From NCBI GenBank assembly GCA_000146465.1, contig CP001943.1: a stretch of 64,000 nt of DNA, one strand, 5' to 3'. A program made the position numbers and the translations under genes. The notes below the pieces were generated by a model. It ran no database searches. It was given only the letters and a program-made list of their open reading frames with translations, and had not been told where the DNA came from. This document shows, one piece after another, positions 31,405-40,702 of this stretch; position 1 is the stretch's first letter, and each line of letters starts with the position of its first letter.

Positions 31405-31522
31405 ATTTTAGGGGATCTGTCTTTTTCTAAAGTAAATTTTTCAAACTTTCCAGAAAATTCATACCTACAACACAAAATCATGCCTGAATTTACACTCCAA
31501 AAACACTTTATTCAAAAATTTC

Positions 31523-32398
31523 TTAGTGCCTTTCATTTACATCCTCCTCTCGAGTTCTTTCTCTGTCCTCAATCTCTTCAATCATCTTCTGATACTCTAT
31601 CGCCATCTTCTTGTCTTTAACTTCTATGGCTCTATCTCTCTTCTGGATTAATTCTATCTTAAGGTGTGTAACACCTCTTCTCTTTGGATACACTTCGTCT
31701 TTGCAGGTAACCATCTTGCTTATTTCCTCATCACTCAACGCCCTATTCATTGTCTTCACAAGTTTTTCGTATCCCTCTTTAACCTTAGACATCGGCCCAA
31801 TCTTGAAGGATCTCCACACATCTTCGTACTCCTCTCTGAGTAGAGGAGAATTGCTTATGTTCTCTATTCTAAAGTTCTTGTATGTTCTGGTCCCTGTAGA
31901 TATCTCCAAGTATCTGTTTGTTTTAACTTCTTTTCTGTCAATCCGGAGGCTGTAAACTTCTCCTTTACTTACCCCAACTATCTTGACAACAAGATACAGT
32001 CCATTAATTCTTGCTCTTGTGAAATGTCCAACAAACTCGTCGAAAAATGGCTTGAACACATTCCTTGCAATCATATCCCTATTCACTATGCATAAGGAAA
32101 ATTCTGAAAAGTCATCTATATCAGAAGTACTCTTCTTATCTGCAGAAGGCACCTTCCTTTTCAACCCTTGTGTTTTCTCTTCCAACTCCTTCTTTTCTTT
32201 GAATTTCTGCAGCTCCACATGCCTCCTGTAAAGTATCTCTTCTCTTTTTGTTTCAGGCATCTCAAGAAGTGCTTTCCTATCTTCTTCGGACTCATAAAGC
32301 TCTTCCCTATCGAAATTCACATGTCCAGATGACTTGTATCCATCTCTCATTGGGGTATCCTGCTTGAGTACGTAATTCTTCAGCAAATATTGGCTCAA
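31523..32398 (-). CDS. RTF1: Paf1-complex subunit Rtf1-like protein (Plus3 domain)
   Basis: FSLCIVNRDMIARNVFKPFFDEFVGHFTRARINGLYLVVKIVG...ISNSPLLREEYEDVW matches the Plus3 domain consensus. Confidence 0.7.
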   Translation of the reverse strand: MSQYLLKNYVLKQDTPMRDGYKSSGHVNFDREELYESEEDRKALLEMPETKREEILYRRHVELQKFKEKKELEEKTQGLKRKVPSADKKSTSDIDDFSEFSLCIVNRDMIARNVFKPFFDEFVGHFTRARINGLYLVVKIVGVSKGEVYSLRIDRKEVKTNRYLEISTGTRTYKNFRIENISNSPLLREEYEDVWRSFKIGPMSKVKEGYEKLVKTMNRALSDEEISKMVTCKDEVYPKRRGVTHLKIELIQKRDRAIEVKDKKMAIEYQKMIEEIEDRERTREEDVNERH

Positions 32399-32420
32399 GT
32401 ATACCTTCCTACCCTCGAAA

Positions 32421-33443
32421 ATGGTACTTCTAGCAAAAAAGAAGACCTATATCTGTCTACATGTGCTAAATACTATTATACTCACAGCCATTTCGGCAAT
32501 CCATGAGAAAAGGTCCTCTCTTAGGAACTTACAAGACAAAATAGAAGTAAGAAAGTCAATAATCGACCAGAAGGTGTATACAAAACTTTTTACTAAAATT
32601 GCAGAAGGAAACTACATAGTCGTCCAAAGAGATAGCAAGCTTTTAAAATATCTTGGGAACACTAATCCTCTTTCAGATCTCTATTTAATCGGGAAATATG
32701 GGATTCCAAAACATATTTCTTTGGAGGACATTCCTTATCTTGAAACTGAAGCTCGATACTTCTTTATAGAAATCAAAGATATTCCAATCCACAGGATATT
32801 TGTGAAGCAGAACCTTCATTCTTTTATGTATATAAAGGGTTTTAATCTTGGTCCAGACAAAGATGAAATCGACCAAATGGTGAAGATTTCCCAGGAATGC
32901 TTGAGGGCTTTTGATCGAATAGGGAATATAGAAATGGCTGCCAAAGACATGATAGTCAAAATTCGTAAGGTAAACCCTTTCGAACTTTTCATCAACCATT
33001 CAGAAGGTTTCACCATAATGAAATCAATATTCAACCACAGGAACGAGTTTCTGGAAGACTTGAAAGTTCACTTTGTAAAATTCATGAGCTCGATCTTTTT
33101 TGGAATGAAAACATCCTCCTTCTGCGATGCCTATGTAAAGAGCATTATCAGCTATTTGGAAAGGGAAAATATCCTTGCTATAGCTCCGTCAATCAAGGAA
33201 TATCCAGAATTAATCCACCGCTTATTTCCATACAAAATCATCTCAACCTCACCTAATATTCTTCACGAGGAATTGATTGTGGGAGGAATCTCCTTGGATG
33301 GCATTTTGCAAGATAAGTATCTAAGGGAGCTTTTTAATCTTGGGAAGATCAAGGAAATAACAAGAGGAGGAAGCAGGTTTATATTTACAGGCCATATATC
33401 CATTGACAACCAAAAAGGAAAATACAACGTTAGTTTCGTATAG
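32421..33443 (+). CDS. Hypothetical protein, 340 aa
   Basis: Long ORF, no motif recognised. Confidence 0.45.
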   Translation: MVLLAKKKTYICLHVLNTIILTAISAIHEKRSSLRNLQDKIEVRKSIIDQKVYTKLFTKIAEGNYIVVQRDSKLLKYLGNTNPLSDLYLIGKYGIPKHISLEDIPYLETEARYFFIEIKDIPIHRIFVKQNLHSFMYIKGFNLGPDKDEIDQMVKISQECLRAFDRIGNIEMAAKDMIVKIRKVNPFELFINHSEGFTIMKSIFNHRNEFLEDLKVHFVKFMSSIFFGMKTSSFCDAYVKSIISYLERENILAIAPSIKEYPELIHRLFPYKIISTSPNILHEELIVGGISLDGILQDKYLRELFNLGKIKEITRGGSRFIFTGHISIDNQKGKYNVSFV

Positions 33444-33467
33444 GGTCTTGTTTATAAATCAATTAAA

Positions 33468-34190
33468 CTATCCCATTCTCGTTGTGTTTCCTCGGTTTAT
33501 TTCCTTCTCATCTCTTTCTTCATCTCTCTTCAAAAGCTCTTCTCTCGAGAGATTGTTGCTTGAGGAGTCTTCGGGCTCTTCCTCTCGACTAGAAGTGGAA
33601 GGTCCTTTTTCCATCCCCAGCATTATCTTTTCTGCAAACTCATCAAGTGTCATCGTAGGACTGTTTCTTCTAGCTAAAAAGTCTGAAATTCTTCCTTGAG
33701 AATCAACTTTTATACATTCGATTCCCTTCTTTTTGTAAGATTCCTTATCCTTCTTTTCTTGAAGGAGCATGATTTCTCTGTTGAGATGCTCAATATTCTT
33801 CATTGACATAATGTAGAAGTATTCCAACAGTCTCATGATCCACTCTCTATCTTCCCAGTCTATGAAGTCATATCTAAACTCTCGGATCTTTCGCCACAGC
33901 TTTATTTTATTGTCTCTCCCGCTTGTCCTACACAGCTCTATAGTTTCTTCCTCAACAAGCTTCAGATATTCACAGTCCTCGCAATACTCCTTAAAAAGTT
34001 TCAGTCCCTCATATTTATTCCCCACCTTATCATTTACAACTCCCCTAATATAAGGAGAGGTGCAGTTCAACAGATCTGATGTAGATAGCTCATGGAGGTC
34101 TTCTCCATCCCCTTCTGTATATTGCATTTCCCCAACCGCTTCTATGTCTCTGTTTTCAAGTACCCTAACAATAAGTTCCTTTATGTTCAT
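33468..34190 (-). CDS. Hypothetical protein, 240 aa, acidic C-terminus
   Basis: Long ORF, no motif recognised. Confidence 0.45.
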   Translation of the reverse strand: MNIKELIVRVLENRDIEAVGEMQYTEGDGEDLHELSTSDLLNCTSPYIRGVVNDKVGNKYEGLKLFKEYCEDCEYLKLVEEETIELCRTSGRDNKIKLWRKIREFRYDFIDWEDREWIMRLLEYFYIMSMKNIEHLNREIMLLQEKKDKESYKKKGIECIKVDSQGRISDFLARRNSPTMTLDEFAEKIMLGMEKGPSTSSREEEPEDSSSNNLSREELLKRDEERDEKEINRGNTTRMG

Positions 34191-34272
34191 AATCCAGGGA
34201 CTAAGATATCCACAAATCTTGAAGGTACATCCCCAAAACTGGATGTCTCACGCTACCATATAGATATTAAGT

Positions 34273-35853
34273 TTATTTCTCATTAAGTGTGGATTCAATC
34301 TCCTTAACTATATCAGGAATCATAGAGAAAAGCCTCTCGTTCGCCCTCAAAAAATCTCGAACATTCAAAAGAAATTTGTAGTTACTTTCCCCAACATCTC
34401 CAGAAAACCCAAATTCCTCGTGGAAGGAAGCACTAAAAAGGGACAAGCCTTGGGAAAACAATTCCGAAAGATTCTTATTCAAAACCACTTCGTACACTTC
34501 CTTTATCTCTTTGGCGCAGTTCAACAGCCTGATTGCACTAACATAATACCTCAATGTTGGGCCGTTGATGTTTAGTTTCTCTTCGTTGGACACTTGTCTA
34601 TGGAAACACAATATCTTCGGAACGAAGGGTGCTTCCAACTCTCCCACTTCAATTGACATCAATAAAAGAATTCCAACAGATGGGTCAATATCCTTTGTTA
34701 AAGTCATGTCGGGATGTATAACATGACCAAAGGATTCTTCTGAACCTAATCCTTTTCCGGATTCCTTTTCTTTCTGGCCTTCGTTTCTCACTCTTGATAA
34801 TGAAGATTCTACCAGCTTTATAAATTGAGGATCCTTATCTACGTTCTTTATCTTTCCCATAATTTGTAGTATGTCTCTAGAAATCCTGTTCATGAACAAA
34901 GACTCATAGAACCCAGGCGCAAGCTTTGCTCCTACAAGTTTCTCCAGATTCCGTGGAACATGATCCTCTGAGTAGGGTTGCACGCATCCCAAGATCTTCA
35001 TCACCGGAAGATATGTCACTAGCATAAGACCTCGGAGAAACTGGTCTGTGTATTTCTTCCCACTTCCTTCATCACAAGTGTTTTTGATCATCTTCAGAAG
35101 GTCATCCGACTCCTTTATCAAACTAAAGACTGCATTGAAGCTAAAGTCGGTAGCACACTTTGGCATAGTCGGGCAAAAGTCGCATCCGAGAAGAAGACCA
35201 AGCGCTGCAAACATCTTTGGGCTGAGGTTAAAAAATTCGAGGAATCGGCTCTTATGGAATACATCCAGACATGGCTTTCCAGATCCATCCGACATGTCGA
35301 GTATAATCTTGTCAACACCATCAAATAGAAGGACATCCGACTTTCCAAACACATATGAGCATGCCTCGGCACTCATAAAATATGCACATTGGGCTGTTGC
35401 AGAATAAGGTGCAGTGATAACCACTACCCCATTCTCCTCAAGTATTTTATTAGCTATATCCATCTCGTTCTTTTGTGTGATAAAATTTCTCCAAAGCTTT
35501 CCTGCCTTTCTATAGTTCTCTTGTTTGTACTCCCTCAGGCCTTCATTCAACAGAGCATCAGAGTTTCCAGATAAAGCTCCTTGCTGCCTATTAAACCCCA
35601 TTCCATCCCAAACCCATATTAAGTCCACTTCGTTTTCGTCTCTGAACTCCAAAAGTCTTAACAAAGGTTCCTTAATGGCATCTTCGGTTCCAAGCACCAA
35701 GCCCTTGCAAATGCTCGGTACATCGACGTACTTTCGGAGAAACCAATTTCCGTCAATGCATATTCTCATTTTCTTGAATGCCTTTTGCGGGACTTTTAGA
35801 AAAAAATTCTGTCCGGGGTGCTTTCTTACCTCTTCTAGACCTCTTATCGGCAT
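34273..35853 (-). CDS. XPG/FEN1-fold protein with substituted catalytic acidic residues (Mkt1-like pseudo-nuclease candidate)
   Basis: XPG-N-like MPIRGL...ICIDGNWFL...DLIWVWDGMGFNRQ and XPG-I-like VITAPYSATAQCAYFMSAE...VLLFDGVDKIILDM, but FEN1 APSEAEAQ reads APYSATAQ. Confidence 0.5.
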   Translation of the reverse strand: MPIRGLEEVRKHPGQNFFLKVPQKAFKKMRICIDGNWFLRKYVDVPSICKGLVLGTEDAIKEPLLRLLEFRDENEVDLIWVWDGMGFNRQQGALSGNSDALLNEGLREYKQENYRKAGKLWRNFITQKNEMDIANKILEENGVVVITAPYSATAQCAYFMSAEACSYVFGKSDVLLFDGVDKIILDMSDGSGKPCLDVFHKSRFLEFFNLSPKMFAALGLLLGCDFCPTMPKCATDFSFNAVFSLIKESDDLLKMIKNTCDEGSGKKYTDQFLRGLMLVTYLPVMKILGCVQPYSEDHVPRNLEKLVGAKLAPGFYESLFMNRISRDILQIMGKIKNVDKDPQFIKLVESSLSRVRNEGQKEKESGKGLGSEESFGHVIHPDMTLTKDIDPSVGILLLMSIEVGELEAPFVPKILCFHRQVSNEEKLNINGPTLRYYVSAIRLLNCAKEIKEVYEVVLNKNLSELFSQGLSLFSASFHEEFGFSGDVGESNYKFLLNVRDFLRANERLFSMIPDIVKEIESTLNEK

Positions 35854-35952
35854 CTTTGGGGTTTCTACGATTCAGAAAGAAGAAATCAGGAAATACTCAG
35901 CATAAAGCTACACCAATTAATAATATTTAATGGACACACAGAACTGGAAGGT

Positions 35953-36567
35953 CTACCAACCCAAAGAGAGAAGTTTTCCAATAACAAAGAACATTATCTC
36001 TACAAAGCTCATATACATGCAAAACCTAGACAAAATTATCTTTCTGATGTGCTTTCTCATCCAAAGAAGTTTGCTAAGAAGATATATATCCACGGCATTG
36101 TCTATCGCCACCTCTCTTCCTGAGATATATCTATTCATGGAATGTTTTAGATAGATGGTTTCTTTTGGAATATTTAAGGGAAGCTTTACTGCTACTACTG
36201 CATCTTTCCAAGAGCTCACACGTAATACAGCAACATCGCACAGATTAGATATTTTTCTTGCTACGTGGGAATAGAAACCGTCACCCCTAACATCCACAAT
36301 AACTACCCAATTTCCCTTGCTGAGCCTTCCAAAGCTTCCATGATCTATAAAAACACACTTATGTGGTTTTCCGGAGATGTCTACTTCAGCAATGGACAGA
36401 GAGTCTGGATTAGAGCTCTGGAGCATGTAGACTACCGCAGCTGCTAGGCATTCAAAAAAGCCTTTCTTGTTGGGCTTAAAGATTTTCATTTCTGCTTGGG
36501 AGGGAGAAAATAACAACCTGAAGAATGAAGAAGTCTTCTGTACACTCTCTACTATGGTTGTGTACAT
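35953..36567 (-). CDS. Hypothetical protein, 204 aa
   Basis: ORF; likely start at internal MKIFKPNKKG; no motif. Confidence 0.4.
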   Translation of the reverse strand: MYTTIVESVQKTSSFFRLLFSPSQAEMKIFKPNKKGFFECLAAAVVYMLQSSNPDSLSIAEVDISGKPHKCVFIDHGSFGRLSKGNWVVIVDVRGDGFYSHVARKISNLCDVAVLRVSSWKDAVVAVKLPLNIPKETIYLKHSMNRYISGREVAIDNAVDIYLLSKLLWMRKHIRKIILSRFCMYMSFVEIMFFVIGKLLSLGW

Positions 36568-36640
36568 GATGTTAAATTAAGTGATATTCTATATGGATAT
36601 CCTGGCTAGGTGTTATGTGAGTAAGAAAACAAACCCCAAG

Positions 36641-37279
36641 ATGGTGGAAGGAGCCACTGCAGATGTATCCAAACAACTGACTATCATAGGTTCTGCAACA
36701 TGTGGGAAGACAAGCATCCTCACCAGACATGTGAAAAGAACCTTTGGAACGGAGATAAGCCCTACGGTGTTCAACTCGGTTAGTAACACATATAAGCACA
36801 AGAATAATGTGGTTGAGTTAAGACTCTGGGACACAGCAGGACAGGATGAATATGCCCGGTTCCGGCATCTTGCTTTACCTTCAGCGGATTACATTATGAT
36901 AGTGTATGCCATTGACGATCGATCTTCTTATGCTGAAGTTAAGAATAGCCTCATTGGGCAGGTGAAAGAAAAGGCACCACAAGCAAAATACTTTCTTGTT
37001 GGAGCAAAGGTCGATCTAAGAGAAGATAGTAAGAGGCTTGAGGAGCTTGCTAGGAATGGAAATTCCCCAATAACTACCTCTGAGGGACTGGAGCTTTCTC
37101 AGAGCATCGGAGCATTAGGATACTTTGAATGTTCTGCAAAGAACAACATTGGGATCGACGAGATATTTGAGAAGATTTCAAGCTATGCTTTGAAAGTATA
37201 TCTGAGAGAAAACAAGTCCTTCATGGGAAGGATACTTACTTCTCTGTGGAATTTTCTTTGCTGCCGGAAAATAAATTGA
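36641..37279 (+). CDS. Rho-family small GTPase
   Basis: G1 IIGSATCGKTSIL, G3 WDTAGQDEYARFRHLALPSADYIMIVYAI (Rho-like WDTAGQEDYDRLRPLSYP), C-terminal Cys pair; start taken at MVEGATAD (track ORF opens at 36581). Confidence 0.75.
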   Translation: MVEGATADVSKQLTIIGSATCGKTSILTRHVKRTFGTEISPTVFNSVSNTYKHKNNVVELRLWDTAGQDEYARFRHLALPSADYIMIVYAIDDRSSYAEVKNSLIGQVKEKAPQAKYFLVGAKVDLREDSKRLEELARNGNSPITTSEGLELSQSIGALGYFECSAKNNIGIDEIFEKISSYALKVYLRENKSFMGRILTSLWNFLCCRKIN

Positions 37280-37309
37280 TTTTTATTGGAAGTTTGTATC
37301 TCCTTGTGA

Positions 37310-37861
37310 ATGAAGCTAGAGAAAGTTGATGCAAACTGGACAAGAACAGAGGATGAAGTTCTCAAGGCTGGGGTGATGAAATATGGGATAAACAAGTGGT
37401 CCAAGGTGTCTTCTATGCTTCCTTCAAAGACTCCATCCCAGTGCAGATTAAGATGGCTGGAATATGTCAGTCCTTTAGTGAATGATTTGGTATGGAGTTC
37501 GGAAGAAGATGAAAAGCTTATTTTGATGGCGAAGACATTTCTTCCACAGTGGAGTTTGATTGGACAGACGATGGGGAGGAGCGGGCAGCAATGCTATGAA
37601 AGATATAATGAGCTTGTTTTTGGAAAGATTAGTGTTTTCAAGTATGGGGAGCTTTCTGGACCTTGCGAAGGAAAAGACGAGGAGATTCTGAAGATGGCAA
37701 GTGCCAGGATGTCTGAGTGCAAGAGCAGAAAGGGCTTAAAGAAGAAAGCTCTTTTGGACAAGAAAGAGAAAACACTTTCAAGAAGCTGTGAGGCAAAGGA
37801 AGGAACCATAGGTCCTCATAAACAAAGAGTATGCCGTAAGAATGATGGTACACTTCAATGA
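37310..37861 (+). CDS. CEF1: Cef1/CDC5L-type Myb-repeat spliceosome protein (short, Myb region only)
   Basis: WTRTEDEVLKAGVMKYGINKWSKVSSMLPSKTPSQCRLRWLEYVSP...WSSEEDEKLI... parallels Cef1 N-terminus ([28 protein letters not shown]...RWNEYLNP). Confidence 0.7.
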   Translation: MKLEKVDANWTRTEDEVLKAGVMKYGINKWSKVSSMLPSKTPSQCRLRWLEYVSPLVNDLVWSSEEDEKLILMAKTFLPQWSLIGQTMGRSGQQCYERYNELVFGKISVFKYGELSGPCEGKDEEILKMASARMSECKSRKGLKKKALLDKKEKTLSRSCEAKEGTIGPHKQRVCRKNDGTLQ

Positions 37862-38142
37862 TTGGGTTGAAGTGTCTGTAACATCAATGTTTTACTTCAG
37901 TTTTTTAAGAGTTCTGTACACATCTTTGATGGAGTCGAAAAATCGAGCGTCTGCCTCTGCATTTGGATTTATCGGTGTTTTTATTGCTGTTCTCTTGTGT
38001 CTATCGATTGTTGTTGATATGATGTCGTTCAAAAGATTATCGTTTCTAGAAGTTGCAGAAAGCAGACACGGAATAAAAATGAAAGAGATAATGAGGAACA
38101 AAGAGGCTTCGGAATGACCTGCATAAGAACAAAGTTATGTAA

Positions 38143-39660
38143 GTGAAATTAAACATGCTTGAATGTATAGTCCTTAAAATGGATATTTTGGATCTGCTGA
38201 AGAAGAAGATAATTGAAGATGTCTTTGAGGTTTATCCCGACGCTGAGTGGAGTGTTCTTGTATATGATAGTTATGGAGCTAGCATTCTAAAGAATTTTTT
38301 TGTGAAGTCTGAGTTTATCAGCCACAACATAGTGACTTCTCAGAGAATCGAGGAGCAGAGGGAAAGAGTGGATTTTCCTGTGATATATTTTGTAAGAGGA
38401 GAAGAAAGTATTGTAAAGATGATAAACAGGGATTTTGAAAACAGGTTATATCCATCGTATGCTGTCTGTGCATTGGAGGAATGTGAGGGTCTTCAGCCGC
38501 CCATCAAGGTGAAGAAGGTAGATGTGGACTTTCTTCCTTTTGAGCAGAGGGTTTTCAAGGCTACGGCAAAGCAATTGTATTCTGTAGCCAAGACTTTGAA
38601 TACGGTGTTTAATGTAAGTTACTCAGGGTCTGTGTGTAGAGGTCTTGCAGAGATTGTTGAGAAGACAATGGGGAGTGAAGAAAGGAAAGGAGAGCTGATT
38701 ATACTGGACAGGAGTATTGATCTTTTCACGCCGTTCCTTCATTTTTTCACCTTCCGAACCTTACTTGAAGACCTCTCTGTGGAAAACATGGAGGAGTTTG
38801 AAAAGAAATACATGAGGGACAAAGTATGGGAAAGTGTCAAGAATGCACATCTTGGAGAAGTAAACTCCATTTTAAGAAACCAAGCACAAATACTATCGAA
38901 AGTAGCCCAAAGACTGGATACAAAGGTTGATAACAAGGATCTGATGAAGATGGTTCTCGAGGCGCCAGCAGCAGCAAAGACCAAGGAGAGCTTAAGTAAG
39001 ATTCTTGGACTGGCACAAAAATGCTATGATCAATTTGATTATCTTTCCAGGTTCAACGAAATCGAGCAACTACTTGCTACAGGATACGACAAGTCAGGAA
39101 GTAAATGGAAAATGAAAGTTGAGGATGTGTTTGAGTATCTTCGGAGTAGTGGGATAGAAAGGTCTGACAAGATTCGAATCCTACTACTGCTCAAAGCGAA
39201 TGGGTATCAATTGCAAGACAACGAGGTAAATCTTCTTAAAGGAATGGGGTTTGAAGACTCTGAGATTGAAATTTCTTTTGAAAACCACGAGAGTTTTGTA
39301 CCTCTCCGTGGTTCAGGAAACCACAAGTATGAAGTCAGTCGATACGAACCTGTGCTTGGTAATGTCCTGAGGAGTTTTATAGGGAAACAGAAAGGGCATC
39401 TCCAAATAAATAGATTGACAAGTAGCAGGTCGCATCTGAAGTCTTTAAGGAAGACTCATCTCTTATCGGTGAAAAAGGATATCTCCTACCAAAAGCTATA
39501 CTGCGTCTACATAACCGGAGGGATAACATTTGAAGAGATAAGAGTTGCCTATGAAATTAGCGAGAGCCTTGGAGTTGAGATTATTGTGGGCTCTGAAGAC
39601 ATAATAACACCTAAGTCCTATGTGGAGTATCTGAAGTCGAAATGCATGTCAAAGAGTTAA
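38143..39660 (+). CDS. Sec1/Munc18 (SM) family SNARE-regulatory protein (paralog not assignable)
   Basis: N-terminal SM-family pattern (WSVLVYDSYGASILKNFF...FPVIYFVRGEESI) and overall length and organisation. Confidence 0.7.
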   Translation: MKLNMLECIVLKMDILDLLKKKIIEDVFEVYPDAEWSVLVYDSYGASILKNFFVKSEFISHNIVTSQRIEEQRERVDFPVIYFVRGEESIVKMINRDFENRLYPSYAVCALEECEGLQPPIKVKKVDVDFLPFEQRVFKATAKQLYSVAKTLNTVFNVSYSGSVCRGLAEIVEKTMGSEERKGELIILDRSIDLFTPFLHFFTFRTLLEDLSVENMEEFEKKYMRDKVWESVKNAHLGEVNSILRNQAQILSKVAQRLDTKVDNKDLMKMVLEAPAAAKTKESLSKILGLAQKCYDQFDYLSRFNEIEQLLATGYDKSGSKWKMKVEDVFEYLRSSGIERSDKIRILLLLKANGYQLQDNEVNLLKGMGFEDSEIEISFENHESFVPLRGSGNHKYEVSRYEPVLGNVLRSFIGKQKGHLQINRLTSSRSHLKSLRKTHLLSVKKDISYQKLYCVYITGGITFEEIRVAYEISESLGVEIIVGSEDIITPKSYVEYLKSKCMSKS

Positions 39661-39693
39661 AGTTTTATATATTCCGAGGACTAGGGGTCCCAT

Positions 39694-40233
39694 ATGGACC
39701 AGAACTTAGAATCCCAAACCTTTTATAACTTGAGTGCCCGTGGATGGAATGGCGAAGAAGTTAACTTTTCGGTATTTAGAGGATGTGTTTTAATAATTGT
39801 CAATGTTGCGTCCTCCTGTAAGCTTGCCGAAGGAAACTACAAGAGCTTTGTAGGCCTTCTCGAGAAATTCTATAAAAAGAATCTGAGAATTCTTTTGTTT
39901 CCTTGTAACCAGTATCTAGGGCAGGAGCCGAAGCCTATTGAAAGGATACACAGGGAGGTATCTGAGAAGTATTCCGACAAGTTTGAAGTCATGGATAAGG
40001 TTGAGGTCTTTGGAGAAAATGCTCATCCAGTATTCAAACACCTCACCAGTACCAAGAATGGGAAGGGGACATTTGGGAACTTCATTAAGTGGAACTTCAC
40101 CAAATTTCTGGTTGACCGTTCGGGGCATGTTGTCAAGAGGTTTGGACCAAGTAATATTATTAAAGAAGACGAAGAATGCCTTTTAAACATCATTGGAGAT
40201 GAGGGAGAGGAGCAGAGTCCTCTGATGGGATAA
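39694..40233 (+). CDS. Glutathione peroxidase (Cys-type)
   Basis: FYNLSARGWNGEEVNFSVFRGCVLIIVNVASSCKLAEGNYKSF...FPCNQYLGQEP matches GPx motifs (VNVASKCG, FPCNQFG). Confidence 0.9.
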   Translation: MDQNLESQTFYNLSARGWNGEEVNFSVFRGCVLIIVNVASSCKLAEGNYKSFVGLLEKFYKKNLRILLFPCNQYLGQEPKPIERIHREVSEKYSDKFEVMDKVEVFGENAHPVFKHLTSTKNGKGTFGNFIKWNFTKFLVDRSGHVVKRFGPSNIIKEDEECLLNIIGDEGEEQSPLMG

Positions 40234-40254
40234 ATAAAAAAATTACTGTACCCA

Positions 40255-40599
40255 TTGATGTATGAGTTCTACAGACAACTAATGGTTGGAAAAGCCTTAG
40301 AAAAGATAATAGACGAGAAGGTGAATTCTAACATGCTCAGTCCGAATCAAGGAAAGTATATCCTTGAAGCATTTGATTTGAGTGTGCCTGTGGTATTCAA
40401 TAAGTCGGTGACAAACTCCATGAGTTTTAAGGGAAAGGTGGACTTCTACAACCACGTTGATGGGGTGTGGAGGTTCCAGACAAAGGACTTTGTGATGTCT
40501 CTGAACAACGAGTACTTCAGCGGAGGAGATGTTAATATTGTTGCATGTGATGCAGACATCAATATGGATGCGGGAAGAAGAAGGAGAAGGAGAGGATGA
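40255..40599 (+). CDS. TOA2: TFIIA small (gamma) subunit
   Basis: YEFYRQLMVGKALEKIIDE...YILEAFD...FKGKVDFYNHVDGVWRFQTKDF parallels Toa2/TFIIA-gamma (YELYRRSTIGNSL...VLETFDK...GNLDTYGFCDDVWTF). Confidence 0.75.
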   Translation: MMYEFYRQLMVGKALEKIIDEKVNSNMLSPNQGKYILEAFDLSVPVVFNKSVTNSMSFKGKVDFYNHVDGVWRFQTKDFVMSLNNEYFSGGDVNIVACDADINMDAGRRRRRRG

Positions 40600-40702
40600 G
40601 TGCCGTGTAGCTATTTCCAAATAAATGTTAAATTTGACGATACCTTGTAATGTTACCATTTGAATGGTTTGTCTGGAAATTTTTGAAGTTGCAATAAGTT
40701 GA

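Noticed and set aside
37842-38117. 91-aa plus ORF and 69-aa minus ORF (37892..38101) in the Cef1 to SM-protein spacer
   Set aside because: Mutually exclusive, each with one hydrophobic segment that is just the reverse complement of the other; no way to choose, and either may be non-coding. Left unannotated.
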